NCBI GenBank assembly: GCA_963675915.1
Contig: OY780959.1
Coordinates: forward strand, 1,710,001-1,742,000
From: Coprobacillaceae bacterium
GTDB taxonomy: Bacteria; Bacillota_I; Bacilli_A; Erysipelotrichales; Coprobacillaceae
Reading direction: 5' to 3'
Length of the DNA stretch: 32,000 bases
Position 1 is the first letter of the stretch. Each line of letters begins with the position of its first letter. Under the pieces are notes generated by a model that saw nothing but the letters and a program-made list of their open reading frames with translations, was not told the origin of the DNA and did no database searches. Below are positions 1 to 10,108 of this stretch, piece by piece. The position numbers and the translations under genes were made by a program.

Positions 1-1449
1 TGGTGTCCCTTCAAGATACTGATGTTGCAGATTCCAAGATCCCCCTTCATTCAACTGAGCCTTGATGATATTAGTGATGAGTCCGGTTGACATGTTGGTC
101 TGCATCGCTGAAAGTCCAGCCTCCAGCAATGAAGGATAATTGGCAATTATTGAAGGCGAGATTGCCTTATCGATGATCGCAGAGATAATCCGTTGTTGGT
201 TCGCAATCCGATCATTGTCTCCTCCTGAGAGGGTGTGTCGTTCGCGGGAATAATATAATGCCTGTTTACCATTAAGATGAATTTCACCTTCTGGCATGTA
301 ATAGGTTCCTACTGCCGTAAATGTTTTAGGATTGTAGAAGTCGATGCCATCTAGAGCATTGACAATATCAATGACCGAAGAGAAGTTTACCCGGATATAG
401 TAATCGATATCAATTCCCATCAGGTCCTCGATTGTGGCAACACTTTCCTCTGCTCCGTATAGGCCGGCATGGGTAAGCTTGTCAGGTTCCTGATAAGTAT
501 GAAGAGTCACATAATAATCACGGGGAATTCCCGTCATCAGAATCTCATGAGTTTCAAAATTGATTGTCAGAATCATATTGACATCGGATCTCGAGACTGT
601 TGAGATCGAACCATAGGTATCAATCCCTGAAACGAACACGTTCATCACTTCAGGTACAGTTGTACTGGTATTTACCGGTGGCACTGTGGTGTCCGGATTT
701 TCATCTTCTACTTCTATTTCGTAAGATGCGATTACTCTGGTCAACTCCTGGTAGGTTTCAGTTGCGATCCCCTGGTTGTCAGATTGAAGTTGATCATCGT
801 AGGCAGAAAGATAGATCTCATCCACCGTATCGATGACAATCGCTGCCGTGTTACCGTCATAAAGGTCGGCTGCCAAGTCGCTGAAGTTATCAGCTATTCC
901 AGTTTCCAGTCCATGATCGTTTTGAAGGATGTTGATGTACTCTGAAGTATATTGGGCGGTATCATTTGTATCTGATCCGATACAGAATTCGATTTCCTGT
1001 CCGACCAGATCTTCCAGGGTTTCATAACTTGAATCAGCCATGACCCTAACATTGATTGTATGGACAACTGTTTTATCGATATCGGTTATTTCGTCAAGGG
1101 TTGAGGTGCTCAAATAGATATAATAATTTCCCAGAACCAAAATGATACAGTTGATGATGACTAAAATCATCGATACCTTCTCCCTTAGAAGCATTTTCCT
1201 TTTGCTAAAGAGCGATTTACTCGATGTAGTCTTGCCATGATTCTTTCTTTTTGTTCCGTTCTTTGATTTCTTGGCTCTAGGTCTTCTTTGTAAAAACAAA
1301 TTAAAAAACCAGATTACCAGCAAAACGGCACCCAAAAGGATTGAATATTTATATGGTAGGAAATTGAAATCCAAAATTAGTTTCATCAGGAAGACCGATA
1401 AGCCCAACTGAACGATTAAAGCTACTCGTGACAAAAATTTAAGCATCAT
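1..1449 (-). CDS. LytR-CpsA-Psr (LCP) family glycopolymer-to-peptidoglycan ligase, CpsA-like, C-terminus runs off the window start
   Basis: Minus-strand frame open from ATG at 1449 (ATGATG, AAAGGA RBS upstream) to position 1. It is absent from the supplied track because it has no in-window stop. My translation shows 3 N-terminal TM segments and a ~170-aa accessory region. LCP core motifs follow: SGIDTYG, RSDVNMILTIN, MTGIPRDYYV, KLTHAGLYG, DYYIRVNFSSVIDIVNALDGI, HLNGKQALYYSRERH, GGDNDRIANQQRII. Confidence 0.9.
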   Translation of the reverse strand, partial: MMLKFLSRVALIVQLGLSVFLMKLILDFNFLPYKYSILLGAVLLVIWFFNLFLQRRPRAKKSKNGTKRKNHGKTTSSKSLFSKRKMLLREKVSMILVIINCIILVLGNYYIYLSTSTLDEITDIDKTVVHTINVRVMADSSYETLEDLVGQEIEFCIGSDTNDTAQYTSEYINILQNDHGLETGIADNFSDLAADLYDGNTAAIVIDTVDEIYLSAYDDQLQSDNQGIATETYQELTRVIASYEIEVEDENPDTTVPPVNTSTTVPEVMNVFVSGIDTYGSISTVSRSDVNMILTINFETHEILMTGIPRDYYVTLHTYQEPDKLTHAGLYGAEESVATIEDLMGIDIDYYIRVNFSSVIDIVNALDGIDFYNPKTFTAVGTYYMPEGEIHLNGKQALYYSRERHTLSGGDNDRIANQQRIISAIIDKAISPSIIANYPSLLEAGLSAMQTNMSTGLITNIIKAQLNEGGSWNLQHQYLEGTP

Positions 1450-1493
1450 TTGTATCCTTTCAAATTATATTTATTAAGCCATTACAATTTAAT

Positions 1494-1522
1494 ATTATCT
1501 AACTTTTTTCAAGTAAAGTCAA
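1494..1522 (-). promoter_or_regulatory. Sigma-A type promoter for the LCP gene
   Basis: On the minus strand: TTGACT (1522..1517), 17-nt spacer, GATAAT (1499..1494). It lies about 45 nt upstream of the ATG at 1449. Confidence 0.5.
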
Positions 1523-1669
1523 CTGGATAAAAAATAATGGGTAGATATTGCTCTTTTAGTGGATTGTAGATAATAATATATCAATAACCGCCAAAAATCA
1601 TTCAAACGGTGAATTTCACACAATATCCTATATTTATCGCCGAACCCGAATAAATTAACCACATCTAGC

Positions 1670-1692
1670 AAAAAAGACAAGGGTCACTTGTC
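1670..1692 (-). terminator. Weak rho-independent terminator after the lipid kinase gene
   Basis: Minus strand reads GACAAG-tgacc-CTTGTC followed by TTTTTT, 23 nt after the stop at 1715. The stem is only 6 bp. Confidence 0.4.
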
Positions 1693-1714
1693 GTTATAGC
1701 AATTAAGATAAATT

Positions 1715-2617
1715 TTACGGTTTTGGAACAATCAATGCTAACTTACGGGATATAGCATCAATTCTAACTGGAAGGGCTGGTCCCTTTTCCCCGTCGATAT
1801 CAACATTGAAATCATGGTTGGGACTTGATATTTCAATCACCCGTCCCTGATGGTATTCGATATTACGGTTGTTAATATGGTTACCGGCCAGAATATCGGT
1901 AGATACCTGAATCAACTCCACCGCATTGCATGATTTCAAGATTTGAATGTCCAGCAATCCGTCCTGAATCGAAGCATAGGGAATCATTTTGTCAAAGCCC
2001 CCGATATGCTTGGAATTGGCTACCAGAAACATTCTCGCGTTGGTGTTAAATTCATATTCATCAACTTTCACTTTAAGCGGCATATTGACTTTTAGATGCT
2101 CGGGCAAATTGGCAACCGCATTCAAGAGATAGCCAAACGGTCCGAGGATTTTCTTGTCACTTACCGGCGTTTCATAAGAAACATCTGAAAACATGCCTCC
2201 GGCTACCACATTGATAAAGTAATGATCGTTGATTTTTCCTACATCGCTTTTGACAACGTGAAAATCCTTGATCATCTTGACCAGTTTGTTTGGTGTCTTG
2301 GGAATCTTAATATAATTGGCGAAATCGTTAACCGTCCCCGCTCCCATGATCACAAGCGGAACTTCAATATCGTTTTTGGCAATGAAATTTATCACAGCAT
2401 TGATGGTCCCGTCTCCGCCAACAGCGACAATAAAATCAAACTCTTCGATGAATTCTTTGGAAATTTCCGCAAAAACGTCGCGGTCTTTCATCGTGTAGAC
2501 AACCTCACATCTGTTGATAAAACAATCGAGCACTAATTTTCCGATTATTTCATCAAGATTTTTTTGATACATCTGTTGCCCGGAATTGGGATTGATAATA
2601 AATATTGCTGACTTCAT
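1715..2617 (-). CDS. Diacylglycerol kinase family lipid kinase (DagK/YegS/BmrU type)
   Basis: 300-aa ORF. It has the N-terminal IFIINPNSG motif, the DAGK catalytic-domain motif AVGGDGTINAV, and GAGTVNDFA. Confidence 0.85.
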   Translation of the reverse strand: MKSAIFIINPNSGQQMYQKNLDEIIGKLVLDCFINRCEVVYTMKDRDVFAEISKEFIEEFDFIVAVGGDGTINAVINFIAKNDIEVPLVIMGAGTVNDFANYIKIPKTPNKLVKMIKDFHVVKSDVGKINDHYFINVVAGGMFSDVSYETPVSDKKILGPFGYLLNAVANLPEHLKVNMPLKVKVDEYEFNTNARMFLVANSKHIGGFDKMIPYASIQDGLLDIQILKSCNAVELIQVSTDILAGNHINNRNIEYHQGRVIEISSPNHDFNVDIDGEKGPALPVRIDAISRKLALIVPKP

Positions 2618-2649
2618 TTAAAGCCCCCTCTTTTTATCATAAATATTCT

Positions 2650-2688
2650 AAAAAACCGATGTCAGCAAGAACCTAAGTTCTTACCGAC
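2650..2688 (-). terminator. Rho-independent terminator after the LtaS-like gene
   Basis: Minus strand has a 12-bp stem with 10 pairs (GTCGGTAAGAAC-ttag-GTTCTTGCTGAC). After 5 nt it is followed by TTTTTT. It starts about 20 nt after the stop at 2709. Confidence 0.55.
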
Positions 2689-2708
2689 ACCAGTCAATTC
2701 ATTAAATT

Positions 2709-4184
2709 TTAATTCAAATCAAGAAGCATATCATCATAGTAATCCGATTTTCGGGCTACCTGATTGATGACGTACCCGCCTCCAAGTTCCTCCATCAATG
2801 TCGGTGTTGCCGAGAACAGGTTAGTTCCCAAGCCCAGCCGGTCTCCCTCGATGTCGGCACCTAATGCCGCAAGAGTTGTCGGATACCAATCCATATGAGA
2901 GAATTGACGATTCTTGACATTTTCAGTATCGACCACTGAATTGATAATCACATTGTAGGTTGTTCTGGCATATCCCGAAACATCAGGAAGATATTCTTTC
3001 GACATACTCACATGATCACCCCTGATGACAATTGTAGTGTTTTCGTAGAAATCCTGTTGAGCCAGCCAGTCGAGGAAATCATCAATCTGATGATCAGCGC
3101 AGCTGATTACATTTGCATATTGTTCATCATACTTGTCTTCGCACAAATCACATGCATATCCTTCCGGTGCATGGGTATCAACCGTCAACATGTTAAAGTT
3201 GAAAGGTTCATCTTCAGCAGCCAATTCAGTCAACCTGATTTTGGCAAACTCATAAAGTTTCTGATCTTCATAACCCCAGAATACTCGATAGTCTTCAGGA
3301 ATCCAACCTCTTTCGATTGCATAATAATAATCATCTATTTCAACTCCACCGTGAGTTTGGAAATAACTGCTTCGACCCCCAAATTCGCCATCCGATCCAC
3401 ACATGAACACTTGGTTGTAGCCCTGAGTTTCCAGAACATCACTGATCGAATATGCCCCCGGCAAAAAAGTACCGTAACCGGTGTACGAGTTTCCGTTAAT
3501 TGGTATCGTCAATGGGACCCCGGAAGTTTGAGCCACCAATGATCCAACTGTAAATCCGGTTCCCCCAGTGGAAATATCCCCATTATAAAGTTCAGTTGTC
3601 GAGAATGACAGATTATCGTTTCGCAACTTGGAAAGATTTGGAATCAGATTGTAATCCAGATAGCCACCTTGATCCTTTGAGGCAAAAGTTGATTCCATCG
3701 ACTCAAGATTGATATAAATCAGGTTTCTTTTTTGTTCAGGAAATTCGATTGCAACTGTAGCCGGATCGACATAATCTTCCTCATAGATTACCGATTTATT
3801 CCTTTGGGAATCAATATAATCAGATAGTCTGATTGAATCAGCAGCATTTACCACATTAACCGAGCTCAAGCCAACCAGTCCTACCAGAACAATTACCGAC
3901 GACTTGACATGGAAGTGTCTTTTGCCAGTATGAATCCGCAACTTGGGAAGCAAGGTGATGAACATTAGGAACATTGTCACCAGAAAACTCATCGCCACTA
4001 CCTGAATGATGAAAGAATTGACCAATTGAGAATCTATGCCTCCAGCCGGAGCTTTGATAGTAAAGATGATTCCACTGACGCTGACCCCGCCAAAGTGGCT
4101 TAAATACCAACTTGAAATCAAGCCGATGAAACTGATCAGATATGTTATGATAAAAAACATAACGGTTTTTAATTTATTATTCAT
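2709..4184 (-). CDS. LTA-synthase/phosphoglycerol-transferase family protein (sulfatase-fold, membrane anchored)
   Basis: Start chosen at ATG 4184 (MNNKLKT, AGGT-type RBS) rather than the TTG at 4238. About 3 N-terminal TM segments precede an alkaline-phosphatase-superfamily ectodomain. Motifs: INLESMESTF, GGTGFTVGSLVAQTSG (candidate Thr nucleophile), TVDTHAPEGY, VIRGDHVSM. Confidence 0.8.
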   Translation of the reverse strand: MNNKLKTVMFFIITYLISFIGLISSWYLSHFGGVSVSGIIFTIKAPAGGIDSQLVNSFIIQVVAMSFLVTMFLMFITLLPKLRIHTGKRHFHVKSSVIVLVGLVGLSSVNVVNAADSIRLSDYIDSQRNKSVIYEEDYVDPATVAIEFPEQKRNLIYINLESMESTFASKDQGGYLDYNLIPNLSKLRNDNLSFSTTELYNGDISTGGTGFTVGSLVAQTSGVPLTIPINGNSYTGYGTFLPGAYSISDVLETQGYNQVFMCGSDGEFGGRSSYFQTHGGVEIDDYYYAIERGWIPEDYRVFWGYEDQKLYEFAKIRLTELAAEDEPFNFNMLTVDTHAPEGYACDLCEDKYDEQYANVISCADHQIDDFLDWLAQQDFYENTTIVIRGDHVSMSKEYLPDVSGYARTTYNVIINSVVDTENVKNRQFSHMDWYPTTLAALGADIEGDRLGLGTNLFSATPTLMEELGGGYVINQVARKSDYYDDMLLDLN

Positions 4185-4503
4185 TATTATTACCTGAATG
4201 TTCAAAGTGAACGCTAAAATCAAATTTCGAGTCGACAAAAAGAACCATCAAAGGCAAAATGATCGACCAGACCATTGATATCAATAGATATCTGATTACG
4301 AAAAGCATATCCGCGACATTAAAGTCGATAGCAGGATAATTGTTGCCAAAGAACAAATATATAATTGAATAATTCAACAAAGTTACTGCTAACACAAAAA
4401 AAGACAGATTGCAAAAATAAAAAGATTTAGATCTATCTCCACTTAATTTTTTCAAAACACCGGTTGCAACCACCGATGGCAATAAATAACAAATTATATT
4501 CAT
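4177..4503 (-). CDS. Small 3-TM membrane protein, translationally coupled to the LtaS-like gene
   Basis: Start chosen at ATG 4503 (MNIICYLL), which has an AAAGGTG RBS 8 nt upstream. The ATG at 4545 has no RBS. The protein has three hydrophobic segments. Its stop at 4177 overlaps the ATG at 4184 of the next gene by 8 nt. Confidence 0.5.
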   Translation of the reverse strand: MNIICYLLPSVVATGVLKKLSGDRSKSFYFCNLSFFVLAVTLLNYSIIYLFFGNNYPAIDFNVADMLFVIRYLLISMVWSIILPLMVLFVDSKFDFSVHFEHSGNNNE

Positions 4504-4572
4504 TCTACGCACCTTTTCTATTATCGATTTACAATGATTTAACATTATTTTAACGTTTAGTTAACTTATTAT

Positions 4573-4601
4573 ATAATATCTATCTTAGTAAAAAAAGTCA
4601 A
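4573..4601 (-). promoter_or_regulatory. Sigma-A type promoter for the small-membrane/LtaS-like unit
   Basis: Minus strand: TTGACT (4601..4596), 17-nt spacer, TATTAT (4578..4573). Confidence 0.5.
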
Positions 4602-4662
4602 CACTCATCGCTATCAATTCGCAGATATTTTCATGACCAGAGGTTCGGATTCTCAAGGTAAT

Positions 4663-4692
4663 AAAAAAGGCGTCTCCCCAAGGGAAAACGCC
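4663..4692 (-). terminator. Rho-independent terminator ending the long glycan operon
   Basis: Minus strand has a GC-rich hairpin GGCGTTTTCCC-ttg-GGGAGACGCC followed by TTTTTT. It starts about 70 nt after the GT2 stop at 4765. Confidence 0.6.
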
Positions 4693-4764
4693 AAAATAGT
4701 TTATCTTGAATTCCTTTGCTCAAATTAGTTAAACCGCCTCTTTCAAGTGCTAATTTTGAAATAA

Positions 4765-5637
4765 TCAGTAGAACCCGGCCAACTTATATCCGATGGTATG
4801 GATAATGACATCGAGATTTTTAAGTGCAATGACCGACTTTGTAATCGGATTTGAATTTTTCTTCATTGCAACTTTCAGGCGATACCGTCTTCTCAAAATC
4901 CGAATTTTCCAATTATCAATAAGATGTTCATCTTCAAGAATGTCACACATATCTTCAAATGAACTGGTCATATTGTCAGATGAAGCTGAAAAGTTGTCCT
5001 CCGTTTCAGTGTGATAATAAAGTTGATCCCGGTTCAGGACAAACTTACATTCAGTTTGGAACATCAATAACCATAAGAAAAGGTCATCACATCCATTGAC
5101 CTTCATGATATTTTCCTTCCACTGATCCGGGATAGCCTTTTTTCTGATTAAACACTGTCCTGGTGAAAGAATCATGTCGGTTCCATAGATGTACATTCGC
5201 TCCTTTTGGGCCAATTTCAAGGCCAGGTCGCGAGAATAAAGCAATTCATTTCGATCAGGAAATTTCCGATACCCATTGGCAACTATTACATCCGCATCCT
5301 GAATTCGGTTGAACTGGCTTGACAGACAATTATCAGTGATTTCATCATCCTGGTCCAAAAAATAGATGAACTTTCCGGCCGCTCGCGCCAATCCGTTTAC
5401 CCTTGTCTGATGAATTCCCTCATTTTTGTTATTTTCCATAAAAATGATTTTGAAGTTGGTATCCGCTTGTTCAAAAACTTGCAAAGGGACCTCGGGATAA
5501 TCGTTGACAAAGATTAGTTCCACTTCAATATTGGGATGCTGTTGTTTTAAGATATTTACATTTTTTGAAATCATACTTATAAGCATATCAAGGTATTTTT
5601 GTCCCTTGTAAATAGGAGTTATTATTGATATATCCAT
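4765..5637 (-). CDS. Glycosyltransferase family 2
   Basis: 290-aa ORF. It has the GT-A N-terminus ISIITPIYKGQKYL, VNDYPE and the DxD-like FLDQDDE. The stop/start arrangement with the upstream gene is TAAtATG. Confidence 0.8.
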   Translation of the reverse strand: MDISIITPIYKGQKYLDMLISMISKNVNILKQQHPNIEVELIFVNDYPEVPLQVFEQADTNFKIIFMENNKNEGIHQTRVNGLARAAGKFIYFLDQDDEITDNCLSSQFNRIQDADVIVANGYRKFPDRNELLYSRDLALKLAQKERMYIYGTDMILSPGQCLIRKKAIPDQWKENIMKVNGCDDLFLWLLMFQTECKFVLNRDQLYYHTETEDNFSASSDNMTSSFEDMCDILEDEHLIDNWKIRILRRRYRLKVAMKKNSNPITKSVIALKNLDVIIHTIGYKLAGFY

Positions 5638-5638
5638 A

Positions 5639-6772
5639 TTATCCCTCCACCTTATTGAATAACTCGAGGTATTGCTTGGCGATGTTGAGGTAATTATACT
5701 CCTCCACCATTGCTGAGCTCATCCGCTCCAATTCATCTTCATCATAATTTTGCGCCAGACATTCCACAATCCGTTCGGCCAGTATTTTTTCGTTTTCGGC
5801 CGGACCGTAATATTCGCACAGCCCCTTGGTGACTTCCACATTTACCGGAATATCCGAAAGAAGCGCTGGAATTTCATTAATGATCGCCTCGACTGCTGTC
5901 ATCCCAAAGCCCTCAAAAAGGGTCGGATTGACATACAGCGATGCATTGGCAAACTTATAATTCAAAGTTGACTCATCCACAAACCCGGTGAACTTGATAT
6001 AGTCTTCCAGATGATGGTCAACAACATATTCCTTCAGATAAGATACCCTCTTGGGCACACTTCCTATCAGAACCAACTTATGTTCAACTTGATCCTTGAT
6101 CAGCTCGAACGCCTTGATCAGCGTAATGATGTTTTTATGATGAAACTGCAAGTTCAGCGCCACAATGTATTTCTCATCATTGGATTTGTCCTTTTCAAGT
6201 TTGTTGACCACGATTGGATTGTAGATCCGGATCACTTTTTGTTTATATTTGCCGTAGTACTCCAATATCTCTGATTTGTCAAAATCACTGATGGCGATAA
6301 TGTTATCGGCATGCTTGAAATCAAGCCAATACATCAATCGGTAAAGCAGGTACTTGTACATCGGTATTTTGACACTCCCAAGATCCCGGTGAGCTACCGC
6401 TTTGATATCATGGGGAATGACAATAGACCTAGTCTTGAGTTTTTTCATTCCGTTGTTGCAACTCAGATGATAAATAACATCAATCCCATTTTCTCTGATT
6501 ATTTTAGGTATTGTAAAAGTTCCGGTCATACATACTTGCAACATCCGCTTAAGTTCGTTATTTACGGGCGCCGATTTGATTGGGATTATCTTAATCTCGG
6601 GGGCAATTTCCCTGATGATATTCACAGAATAGTCAAAACAAATCACAATCAGATCGTCAGTTTTTCCCAACTCATGAAAACCTTTGAGAAGATTTAGCCC
6701 TACCTGATCTTTTCCTCCGGCATGATTTTCACTTAAGTATATGTAATTCAAAGCTATTTTCATAATTTTCAT
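5639..6772 (-). CDS. Glycosyltransferase family 4 (GT-B, group 1)
   Basis: 377-aa ORF. It carries the C-terminal GT1 signature EGFGMTAVEAIINEIPALLSD. There is an ATGA overlap with the upstream gene. Confidence 0.85.
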   Translation of the reverse strand: MKIMKIALNYIYLSENHAGGKDQVGLNLLKGFHELGKTDDLIVICFDYSVNIIREIAPEIKIIPIKSAPVNNELKRMLQVCMTGTFTIPKIIRENGIDVIYHLSCNNGMKKLKTRSIVIPHDIKAVAHRDLGSVKIPMYKYLLYRLMYWLDFKHADNIIAISDFDKSEILEYYGKYKQKVIRIYNPIVVNKLEKDKSNDEKYIVALNLQFHHKNIITLIKAFELIKDQVEHKLVLIGSVPKRVSYLKEYVVDHHLEDYIKFTGFVDESTLNYKFANASLYVNPTLFEGFGMTAVEAIINEIPALLSDIPVNVEVTKGLCEYYGPAENEKILAERIVECLAQNYDEDELERMSSAMVEEYNYLNIAKQYLELFNKVEG

Positions 6773-7950
6773 CCCTCTTGAATTGAATAAAACAAGTCAC
6801 GGTACTTTTCACCGATCACCTCATAGTCGTATTTATGCGACGTTTTTATGGCTTGTTCCCGCAACGCTTCATAAAGACCTCTATCTTCGATCAGGCGGTT
6901 GAGGTTTTTGGCAATATCATCGCTGTTTTTTTCCTCACTAAGCAGCCCGTCATGAGAATCATTGATCAAGTCAACAATTCCCCCTGAATTACTGGCAACC
7001 ACAGGCAATCCAGATGCCATCGCCTCGAGGATAACCAATCCGAAACCTTCCTTATCGCCATCTAAAGCAGTGATAGAAGGTGCGCAAAATATATCCGCAG
7101 AAGCATAGATCAGTTTCAATTCGTCATGGGTCTTTGACCCAAGAAACTCTATGCGACCTGCAGCAACCGCATTTATCTTTCGGGCTTGTTCCTTCAATTG
7201 ATTTTCCAAAGGCCCGCCCCCGACGATTACCAGTTTGGCCTCAACCTGACTCATTGCCTCAATCAAATATGTCACGCCTTTTTTTTCTGCCAGACGCCCC
7301 ACGAATAAAATCACCTTTGAATCATTTTGGTTAAAGTAATTGGCAACCCGATAATCAGGTGTGAAATTTTTAGTATTGCAGCCCATAGAGATGATCTCAA
7401 GATGAGGGACCTTTTGAATTTTGAAAACTTCATCCGCTAAAGCCCGAGACACCGTCGTAACGCCTGCCGCTTTTTTCAAGGCCTTTTTCTTAAGTAGTTT
7501 GAGAATACCTTTATTCAAAGATGTCACGTCTCCACCATGTCCGGTTACAATATACGGAGTTTTGAAAAAACTCTGAATTATCCCCTGGGGGATTATCCAG
7601 TGGGCATGAACCATATCATATTCTTTCAATAATTTTGCTAGATGGAAATAAAGGGACAGCAACAAAAACGGAACCAGCAGGATCCGGGATTTCTTCTCTT
7701 TGATTCTGGGAACAATCGCCCCAGGATAGCATAAAGTCTCAAATCGGTGCAAGGGGAAGTAATGATATCTGATCACCTTCACACCTTCTATAGTTTCCCG
7801 GTCGGCTGAACCGATTGCTGCTGGAACCATAACAGTCACATTGAAATACCGATTAAGTTCCTTGCACAAATCCAAGACAAATCGCGGCTCGGTATCCCCT
7901 TCATATCTTGGAAAAGTCGAAGCTGTAACTAATAATTTTTTCTTGTTCAT
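6769..7950 (-). CDS. Glycosyltransferase family 4 (GT-B, group 1)
   Basis: 393-aa ORF. Motifs: EGFGLVILEAMASGLPVVASNSGG and HAHW. An AGAGGT RBS lies 4 nt upstream of the ATG at 7950. Confidence 0.85.
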   Translation of the reverse strand: MNKKKLLVTASTFPRYEGDTEPRFVLDLCKELNRYFNVTVMVPAAIGSADRETIEGVKVIRYHYFPLHRFETLCYPGAIVPRIKEKKSRILLVPFLLLSLYFHLAKLLKEYDMVHAHWIIPQGIIQSFFKTPYIVTGHGGDVTSLNKGILKLLKKKALKKAAGVTTVSRALADEVFKIQKVPHLEIISMGCNTKNFTPDYRVANYFNQNDSKVILFVGRLAEKKGVTYLIEAMSQVEAKLVIVGGGPLENQLKEQARKINAVAAGRIEFLGSKTHDELKLIYASADIFCAPSITALDGDKEGFGLVILEAMASGLPVVASNSGGIVDLINDSHDGLLSEEKNSDDIAKNLNRLIEDRGLYEALREQAIKTSHKYDYEVIGEKYRDLFYSIQEG

Positions 7951-7996
7951 ATTGACCTCTCATTATATATGTCCAAATGGTATTTGACAAAATCAA

Positions 7997-8938
7997 TCAG
8001 ACAAAATTATTTCTCAAGTATTCAAGGGTTTCTCTGATTGTTTGTTCGATAGCAATGCAAGGCTGCCAACCTACCGTATCTCTAATTTTGCTGATATCAG
8101 CTTCAATTATCGGAACATCAACCGGTCTGAACTTTGACTTGTCCACATTGACTGCGATTTCCTTGGTTGAATATTTCAAAATCGTCTTCAATATTTCATC
8201 AATCATAACCGCATTACCGCTACCCACATTGTAGGTTTCCCCGGCTTTGCCTTTTTCCATCAGCATCACATATGCTTTAACTACATCCCGAACATCAGTG
8301 AAGTCTCTTTTGGCCGAGAGATTCCCGACATTGATAACCGGTTTTTGCAATCCGTTTTCGATATTGACAACCTGATTGCAAAAATCAGCCACCACAAAGA
8401 GCGGTTTTTGATTGGGCCCGATATGATTGAATGCCCGAACCGAAATAATATCAAGATCATAAGCATCACAATATATCTTACCAATCATGTTTTGGCATGC
8501 TTTTGTCGCTGCATAAATGTTCCCCGGTCTAGTGTTGTTGTTTTCAGCGATTGGAACCTCGGTCGCTTTAACATGACCGTACTCCTCACCAGATCCGATC
8601 AATAAAAGACGGAGATTTTGATCAATATCCTTCAATACTTCCAGAATATTCAAAGTCCCATTGATATTGATATCAACTGTGAGTTTGGGATTCTTCCATG
8701 AAAGCGCAACTGATGACTGCGCCGCAAGATGGAAAATCCAATCCGGTTTCAGTTCAACTAACAACTCATATATCATCTCTTTATTCAATATATCGAGATC
8801 AACAACTTTGGATTTACTGCTATGATATTCTTCATGGGGAAGTTTGGTGATATGAACTTCATTCCCACTTATTTTATGAAGTTCGGCCTCGAGATACGGT
8901 CCGACAAATCCCGCTCCGCCTATAATCAATGATTTCAT
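7997..8938 (-). CDS. rmd: GDP-4-dehydro-6-deoxy-D-mannose reductase (Rmd-type SDR); product stereochemistry (D-rhamnose vs 6-deoxy-D-talose) not resolvable by eye
   Basis: 313-aa ORF directly downstream of gmd. It has the Rossmann motif IIGGAGFVG, GSGEEYG, YAATK (YxxxK), and FNHIGPNQKPLFVV...VGNLSAKRDFTDVRDVVKAYV...GETYNVGSG. These match the Rmd pattern as I recall it from Pseudomonas aeruginosa Rmd. They do not match the Fcl/WcaG pattern. Confidence 0.72.
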   Translation of the reverse strand: MKSLIIGGAGFVGPYLEAELHKISGNEVHITKLPHEEYHSSKSKVVDLDILNKEMIYELLVELKPDWIFHLAAQSSVALSWKNPKLTVDININGTLNILEVLKDIDQNLRLLLIGSGEEYGHVKATEVPIAENNNTRPGNIYAATKACQNMIGKIYCDAYDLDIISVRAFNHIGPNQKPLFVVADFCNQVVNIENGLQKPVINVGNLSAKRDFTDVRDVVKAYVMLMEKGKAGETYNVGSGNAVMIDEILKTILKYSTKEIAVNVDKSKFRPVDVPIIEADISKIRDTVGWQPCIAIEQTIRETLEYLRNNFV

Positions 8939-8954
8939 AGTTGGTCTCCTTTTG

Positions 8955-8982
8955 AAAAATCAGAGAGTGGTCACTCTCTGAT
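8955..8982 (-). terminator. Intra-operon hairpin between gmd and rmd (attenuator or RNA stabiliser candidate)
   Basis: Near-perfect palindrome ATCAGAGAGTGgtCACTCTCTGAT at 8959..8982. On the minus strand it is followed by TTTTTCAAAA and then the rmd RBS AAGGAG. Confidence 0.4.
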
Positions 8983-8987
8983 CGTTT

Positions 8988-10028
<1,041 letters not shown>

Positions 10029-10108
10029 CTAAGTTGTTTTTTTATATACTACCATTTATCAGCCCAAATTTTAATATATTATCTGATAAAATAGTTGATT
10101 TTCGAATT

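Noticed and set aside
600-836. 78-aa plus-strand ORF in the supplied track
   Set aside because: It lies entirely antisense within the well-supported LCP gene. It has no RBS and its composition is Arg/Ser/Leu-rich, typical of a shadow frame.
2709-4238. TTG-initiated 509-aa version of the LtaS-like gene
   Set aside because: The codon at 4238 is TTG without an RBS and lies inside the upstream small ORF. The ATG at 4184 has an RBS-like AGGT, so that start was preferred. A frameshifted single gene remains possible and is listed as a finding.
10056-10089. Inverted repeat TTATCAG-N20-CTGATAA between the GT2 gene and gmd, considered as an operator
   Set aside because: Arms of 7 bp in an AT-rich spacer are expected by chance. 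No adjacent convincing promoter was found.
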